Origin: Candidatus Harpocratesius repetitus
GTDB taxonomy: Archaea > Asgardarchaeota > Lokiarchaeia > Sigyniarchaeales > Promethearchaeaceae
Direction: 5' to 3'
Length of the DNA: 24,000 nt
Assembly: GCA_021498095.1 (NCBI GenBank)
Contig: JAIZWK010000001.1
Coordinates: forward strand, 716,448 to 740,447
Every line of letters starts with the position of its first letter. Positions within the stretch are counted from its first letter, which is position 1. Below are positions 18,692 through 24,000 of the stretch, piece after piece. The position numbers and the translations under genes were made by a program. Below the pieces are notes generated by a model, which was given only the letters and a program-made list of their open reading frames with translations, was not told the origin of the DNA and did not search any database.

Positions 18692-20284
18692 TCAATCTTC
18701 CTTTTTTTTTCCACATTCAATTGCCTCGATTCTCTTTCGTAATTTCCGTTGAATATGACCGTCTCCTGTTAATCGATGTTTTTCACGTAGTTTAATTAAA
18801 AGTTCGTCTCCTGCTTTGTCATATCCAAAATCCAGATAAGTCATATAAAAATCATTTTTTTCAATCGCTCGAGCTACTGTCTGCCAAGAAACTGATTTTC
18901 CTTTTCCTGCATCAGGCATTTTTCCATACGGAATTCCTAGATTCTTTTCACACCAAAGCATATAGTATTTTATTTTCTCGTAATAACGTCGCATTATCAA
19001 TGGTTCATAAATTCCTATAGATTCAAGTAAAAAAATCGTGTACTGTTGCCAGGTTAAATGATCGGGTTTCATTGAGGTGAGGTTTCCCAATAGAGATGTA
19101 CGACAGTATATCGCACCAAAATTAACTCCCTCCACCCGCTGCAGTAACCGCTCCCATGTTTCTGGTTCAATTACTCGATATTGATCCAATCCTGCTTTTT
19201 GTGCTGAACCAAATGGTTGACATATTCGCTGGAGCGAAAGAGGAACTCCATTTTTATACATATCTTCATAAACATGATTATAATCTAAATTAAATTTTGC
19301 CACACAACCCCAAATATCTTCTACTTTCCAATCATAAATCGGATATGCATTATAAATATTTGGTAATATTTCTGTAGTCCAAAATAATCCCTTATAACGT
19401 GGTTTATCTCGGTTTGCTACAGCTAAAAAGCGACGGAGAGATTCATCAGTGCGAATTCCTACAACTATTGCTGTTCGTTTGGCTTTTTTCGTTTTATGAA
19501 GCCATTGTGAGTATTGAAAAATAAAACGGTCAAAATCATTTATGTTTTCAGCAAAAGGGAAAGGATTATTATCCCAAGTAATAGCACCTTCAGGAATATC
19601 TCTTACCCAATGTTCTCTTGCAGATTCATCCCAAGTAATAAACTCAGGATTTAAAGCTGAGGTAGCATTGTCTTCACAAAACGGTAAACAAATCCAGTAA
19701 AAATTTTCACAATTTGGTTTCACTTCTTCACGTAATGATTCCACAAAGCGAGCAGTCTCCATATACATGGCTTCAAAATCAATGAACATTACAGAAAACT
19801 TTTTGCCCATTTCTGCAGCTACCATATTAGCAAGTTGAAGTGTTACCCCCGAATCTTTTCCTCCGCTAATGGCAAAGCTTATATTATCAAATTCAGTAAA
19901 AAGTAATCGAAGTCGGGCAAAAGTAGCATCTAATACATTTGTTTCATTATATATTTTTTTGGATTTTCTCACGTATTTTATTTCAGGCGAAGTTATCTGA
20001 GATATTTTTTGTTTGGGTATTTTTCCTTTTTTTGAAGTCTTTTCTTTTTTCTTTTTTGATAAATCAGAATTAGCTGAGAGACTTCTCTTTGTTTCCATTT
20101 TACTTTTTATTACAAATTCTGATTGTTTTTGTTTTTTTTTTCTTTTTAGAGTGATTGAATGAGAAGGTTTCGGAATGACTTTCACTGTGTCTTGAAATCC
20201 TCTTTCCTTTTTTAGCTGATCAAGAAGTTTAGATTGATTTTTAACTACATTCATAAATTCACAGTCACCCCGCCTCTTACCCAT
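18692..20284 (-). CDS. ibrA: PAPS-reductase-family (PP-loop) protein with DUF3440-like C-terminus, IbrA-like, with a basic N-terminal extension
   Basis: ISFAISGGKDSGVTLQLANMVAAEMGKKFSVMFIDFEAMYMETARFVE; TAIVVGIRTDESLRRF; YPIYDWKVEDIW; C-terminal LSLQRICQPFGSAQKAGLDQYRVIEPETWERLLQRVEGVNFGAIYCRTSLLG. Confidence 0.83.
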   Translation of the reverse strand: MGKRRGDCEFMNVVKNQSKLLDQLKKERGFQDTVKVIPKPSHSITLKRKKKQKQSEFVIKSKMETKRSLSANSDLSKKKKEKTSKKGKIPKQKISQITSPEIKYVRKSKKIYNETNVLDATFARLRLLFTEFDNISFAISGGKDSGVTLQLANMVAAEMGKKFSVMFIDFEAMYMETARFVESLREEVKPNCENFYWICLPFCEDNATSALNPEFITWDESAREHWVRDIPEGAITWDNNPFPFAENINDFDRFIFQYSQWLHKTKKAKRTAIVVGIRTDESLRRFLAVANRDKPRYKGLFWTTEILPNIYNAYPIYDWKVEDIWGCVAKFNLDYNHVYEDMYKNGVPLSLQRICQPFGSAQKAGLDQYRVIEPETWERLLQRVEGVNFGAIYCRTSLLGNLTSMKPDHLTWQQYTIFLLESIGIYEPLIMRRYYEKIKYYMLWCEKNLGIPYGKMPDAGKGKSVSWQTVARAIEKNDFYMTYLDFGYDKAGDELLIKLREKHRLTGDGHIQRKLRKRIEAIECGKKKED

Positions 20285-20415
20285 TTATCTATGCTTTTCT
20301 TTGTTTATTATATATCAATATCGGTATTTTATCAATGTAATTATTAATACTAAACTATTTTTAGATTTTGATGATTGTTCTTATATTTTTTAGTAATGCG
20401 CTCAATATTTAAATT

Positions 20416-20964
20416 ATGGCTTTAAACTCTGATTTTTATTCTATTAATGATTTTAATTTAACCTTACTTGAATATTCATCTATTGATAAATTTATTCGAG
20501 TCATTAATTCGAATTACGAACGGATTAAACCTTTTCTAATCAACCGATACCAACATCAAGCTTATTTCTTGACACCATTATGGGTGGATAAAATTTTTAA
20601 AAAACACAAATGCTATTACTTTCATTCAAAAAAGAATCCTAATGACGCAATTGGGGCTGTCACCCTCAAAAAAATTGTCGATTTTGCCTATATTGAATAT
20701 TTCTTCATCGATGCTTCTTGTCTTCATCGTGGATATGGAAAAATTATGCTGGATTTGATGGAGAAAATCATTCGAGATCTCAAACTCAATAAAATACGCC
20801 TTTTAGTTCATAAAGATGCTGTATGGGCACAGCATGCTTATCAAAAATATGGATTCCACCTTCTTCTTACAGATAAACATCAAATCATGGAGTTTGAAAA
20901 TGGAAGAATTGCACCTTATTTTCTAGTCAACCATTTACTCTATGAAAAAATATTATTAAATTAA
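20416..20964 (+). CDS. GNAT-family N-acetyltransferase
   Basis: NPNDAIGAVTLKK...AYIEYFFIDASCLHRGYGKIMLDLMEKIIRDLKLNKIRLLVHKDAVWAQHAYQKYGFHLL fits the acetyl-CoA binding motif region. Confidence 0.8.
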   Translation: MALNSDFYSINDFNLTLLEYSSIDKFIRVINSNYERIKPFLINRYQHQAYFLTPLWVDKIFKKHKCYYFHSKKNPNDAIGAVTLKKIVDFAYIEYFFIDASCLHRGYGKIMLDLMEKIIRDLKLNKIRLLVHKDAVWAQHAYQKYGFHLLLTDKHQIMEFENGRIAPYFLVNHLLYEKILLN

Positions 20965-21200
20965 GAATGATTAAATAAATAAAAATGCTAAGGTAGTAAA
21001 AGCCGCGAGGAGTGAATAGGTTAAACATAATATTGCCATCGCTCAATTTTTACATTGTTTTTTCTTTATTTCTTTGATAATATAATCATGAACATAAAAG
21101 TTGATTAAATTCGATCTAATTCTTAGATATACTTAATTCTATTTTCCAATTTAACCAAATTAAGATCTAATTATGAATAATTACATAATAATAGAATTGG

Positions 21201-21275
21201 TGCCCACGCAGGGATTCGAACCCTGGTCATCGGGGTGAAGGCCCGAGATGCTTGACCGAACTACACTACGTGGGC
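21201..21275 (-). tRNA. tRNA-Glu (anticodon UUC), with C33
   Basis: Reverse complement GCCCACG...TCGGG-CCTTCAC-CCCGA...CAGGG-TTCGAAT-CCCTG-CGTGGGC-A, followed by encoded CCA (21198-21200). Confidence 0.93.
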
Positions 21276-21582
21276 TTGAGAATTCACTTTGGAATATGTT
21301 ATATAATAGGGCATAATTTTAAAATTTTTCGAGAATCTAGAGTAAAATCGTCATTTTTGTCTGAACACCTCAGAAAACCGTAAAAATTTTATGCAACCTT
21401 TCCCAAATAAGAGCGAATTGCCTTGAGTCTTCCATCTTTGCAAAACTGATATGATATTTCAAGGTCAGTTATAATTTTTTTCAGAATCCACTTGTGATAA
21501 AAGTGATTATTCCACCGAACTTATCAATACTCTCATTTCAGAATATATAAAAAAGTATTTCAAATTTTGTGTCTTTCAAATC

Positions 21583-21732
21583 TTATATTTCATATCTTAT
21601 GCGTAATAGTATTTCATCTACAGGAATATCAAGTTCATCTGCCCAACGACATTTCGCTTTAACTGCTGAACACTGTTCGTCTGAGCGCTCTGAGTATTCT
21701 TTCCAAGAAATATGATTATTTGTTAATACCAT
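21583..21732 (-). CDS. Candidate small ORF (49 aa), hypothetical
   Basis: MVLTNNHISWKEYSERSDEQCSAVKAKCRWADELDIPVDEILLRIRYEI*; composition is balanced compared with the surrounding AT-rich noncoding DNA. Confidence 0.3.
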   Translation of the reverse strand: MVLTNNHISWKEYSERSDEQCSAVKAKCRWADELDIPVDEILLRIRYEI

Positions 21733-22268
21733 ATAGAAATAGGAACAATTCAAGGATAAATATGTAAAGAATAACGAATTTTGGAATATTTTTGAAGATT
21801 ATTTCCAATCTAATATTAGAAAAATTGCAAAATTTAATTGATTCGACATTTTTCGACAATATAATTATGATTTATAGAGTAGAATACTAATGCATAAGTA
21901 TTCAATCAGATTTTTTCAATTCTATGGATATTCAAAAAAAAATAAGAGATTGAGAAATTGAAAGAAATTTTGGCTAAAAATTAACGAATTCTAATCTCTG
22001 ATATATAATTTTAATTTATGAAAAAAATAGCTAAATTAATTGATAGAATTAGGAAAAATGCGATTTTCAAAACAAAATTATCGCATTAATCAATACTAAC
22101 TAATAAAAATTATAGGAGAAAATGAAAGAATATTCCAATTAATTGTAAGCGTTTTTATAACTGATAACAGACAAATTAACATTTCGCTTTTTGAACAAAA
22201 AAATTTTTAATTGAATGAATATTTTATCTTTTGTTGGTTCTTCAAGTAAAACTAATAGATTTAACCTT

Positions 22269-22341
22269 GCAGGAGTAGCTTAGTCGGTAGAGCGGTCGGC
22301 TGTTAACCGGCAGGTCGCAGGTTCGATCCCTGTCTCCTGCG
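22269..22341 (+). tRNA. tRNA-Asn (anticodon GUU)
   Basis: Acceptor GCAGGAG/CTCCTGC, anticodon loop CTGTTAA, T arm GCAGG-TTCGATC-CCTGT, discriminator G, CCA encoded at 22342-22344. Confidence 0.95.
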
Positions 22342-22515
22342 CCATTTTTCTCCCCATTTTAACCGAGAGAATTGTATTTTTATTACAAAATCAAGCATCT
22401 TTTTTGAGATAAAATCTTTGGTTGAATTTTCTTTTAATTGAAGAAATCAAAATTTTTGATAAAGATTTTTTAGCAAAAGATGAAAATTTTTTCGGGATGT
22501 AATGCTCAATAATGT

Positions 22516-23481
22516 ATGTCAAATAAATCTTTACTGGTGCTTGGTTCTATTGCATACGATTTTATCATGCAGTTTCCAGGAAATTTTAATGATAATCTAA
22601 GCATTGACACTGAAAAGAATATTTTTAATTTAGCTGTAATGCCAAAATCAAAGAAAAAGAGTTTTGGCGGGACCGCAGGAAATATTTCCTATAATTTGGG
22701 AATTTTAAACGTTCCCACTCGAGTGATTACAAGTGTCGGGAAAGATTTTGAAACTTTGGGATATAAACAGCGTATTAAAAATATGAAAAGTGTGGAATTT
22801 TGGGGTGATGAGCATCTTGATGAATTTACTGCAACTTGCTATATTGTGAATGATCAGAATCACAATCAATTAATAATTTTCCATGAAGGAGCGATGAAGC
22901 GATGTTCTAATATAAAACTAGCAGAACATGGTATTTCTAAGGATTCTATTCAATTTGCTTCTGTGAGTCCTGATAATCCTGGAGCGATGGTAGCATGGGC
23001 AAAAGAATTGATTAAGTTAGAAATTCCATTTTTATTTGATCCAGGGCAGATGGTGCATTATTTTAAGAAGCAAGATTTGATGGAAATTATTCCTAATGCC
23101 TATCTAATAATCGGAAATGAGTTTGAAATGACAAAAATTGAAGAGATTCTTGAGACTGATTTGGAAGGTTTACGGGCGCTAAATTCAATGATAATTATAA
23201 CATTAGGAGAGAAAGGAGCGGTTTGTTATTGGGGAGAAAATGAAAAATATATTCCACCAATGACTGTAGAGCATGTAGCTGATACAACAGGAGCGGGTGA
23301 TGCATTTCGTGCAGGCTTACTTTATGGAATATATCATCAGATGTCTTTAGTTAAAGCTTGTAAATTTGGTGCAATTATAGCTGGATATACGATAGGAACT
23401 GTGGGTCCACAAAATCAGTCATTTGCAATTGAAGAAATCCAGGAAAAATTCAGATTAACTTATAGAGATGAATTATTTTAA
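22516..23481 (+). CDS. PfkB-family carbohydrate/nucleoside kinase
   Basis: Ribokinase-fold N-terminus (LVLGSIAYDFI), KKKSFGGTAGNISYNLGILNVPTRVITSVGKD, and C-terminal catalytic motif VADTTGAGDAFRAGLLYG. Confidence 0.9.
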   Translation: MSNKSLLVLGSIAYDFIMQFPGNFNDNLSIDTEKNIFNLAVMPKSKKKSFGGTAGNISYNLGILNVPTRVITSVGKDFETLGYKQRIKNMKSVEFWGDEHLDEFTATCYIVNDQNHNQLIIFHEGAMKRCSNIKLAEHGISKDSIQFASVSPDNPGAMVAWAKELIKLEIPFLFDPGQMVHYFKKQDLMEIIPNAYLIIGNEFEMTKIEEILETDLEGLRALNSMIIITLGEKGAVCYWGENEKYIPPMTVEHVADTTGAGDAFRAGLLYGIYHQMSLVKACKFGAIIAGYTIGTVGPQNQSFAIEEIQEKFRLTYRDELF

Positions 23482-23662
23482 TCTTATAAAAAGAATTACA
23501 AAGATTAAAGAAAAAGTAGATAGGAAAAATGAGAAAATAGAGTGAATATAATCATAAAACTTCTCACATTATTCACTCTCAGTTAGTGAGATTCAAATGA
23601 TGAAATAAGTATATCATATAATTTATAAAGGAAAAAACAAAAAAGACAAATGATCTAATCGC

Positions 23663-24000
23663 TTAGATATATAGAGATTTATCTGTTTCAGTGAGTTTTA
23701 CTTTGGGTTGGAATGAATCGAGTTCATCTTCTAATGCTTTTCGCTTATTTTCTAAATCTTGTGAGATTTCATTAATCCTATTTTCGCTATATGCGTTTTC
23801 TATCGGTAATTCATAAAATTTACCAACTTTTTCCAATAATTGAATTGATGCTTGCAAATCTGTGAAATTATCGTTCATTACAGCAGCATTATCTGTTTCA
23901 GCCAAAAGAACTGTTCCTTCAATACCAAATCGTGCCTTTGCTATGGTTGGAATCAGCCCGTTTGAACCAATAATGACTCCTTTACTTACTTTTTTCGCTT
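23663..24000 (-). CDS. PAC2-family protein (proteasome-assembly-chaperone/ATP-grasp-related), 3' part only; ORF runs off the window
   Basis: The frame is open upstream of the track's TTG start: KKVSKGVIIGSNGLIPTIAKARFGIEGTVLLAETDNAAVMNDNFTDLQASIQLLEKVGKFYELPI, which matches the PAC2 C-terminal pattern. Confidence 0.7.
   Translation of the reverse strand, partial: AKKVSKGVIIGSNGLIPTIAKARFGIEGTVLLAETDNAAVMNDNFTDLQASIQLLEKVGKFYELPIENAYSENRINEISQDLENKRKALEDELDSFQPKVKLTETDKSLYI

Overview
The window is AT-rich and archaeal. The archaeal-type 16S rRNA, TFIIB, group II chaperonin, SRP RNA, Tsr3, and the abundance of MglA-like GTPase and Roadblock proteins together suggest an Asgard/Lokiarchaeia-like genome; that taxonomy is inference. 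RNA genes: complete 16S rRNA (~8130-9626), SRP/7S RNA (~4314-4589), and tRNA-Glu(CUC), Ala(UGC), Leu(UAG), Glu(UUC, minus strand) and Asn(GUU). Recognisable proteins: UPF0148/autoantigen-p27-like zinc ribbon, MiaB-family (e-MtaB-like) methylthiotransferase, divergent TFB, MglA-like GTPase, Roadblock proteins, YchF-like GTPase, membrane-anchored HerA/FtsK-type ATPase, divergent thermosome subunit, Tsr3, an IbrB/IbrA-like pair (ParB-like plus PAPS-reductase/DUF3440), GNAT, PfkB kinase, and a partial PAC2-family protein. The items most worth a second look are: (1) a tight four-gene cassette, Roadblock protein -> unknown protein -> MglA-like GTPase -> small membrane protein; (2) the IbrA/IbrB-like pair, with a very basic N-terminal extension on the IbrA-like protein; (3) a chaperonin subunit with Asn at the catalytic Asp position; (4) a multi-hairpin RNA leader and mutually exclusive pairings flanking a 16S gene with no adjacent 23S; (5) a tRNA-Glu(UUC) with C33 in place of the near-universal U33; (6) unannotated small ORFs and inverted repeats. 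No CRISPR array or clear transposon was found.
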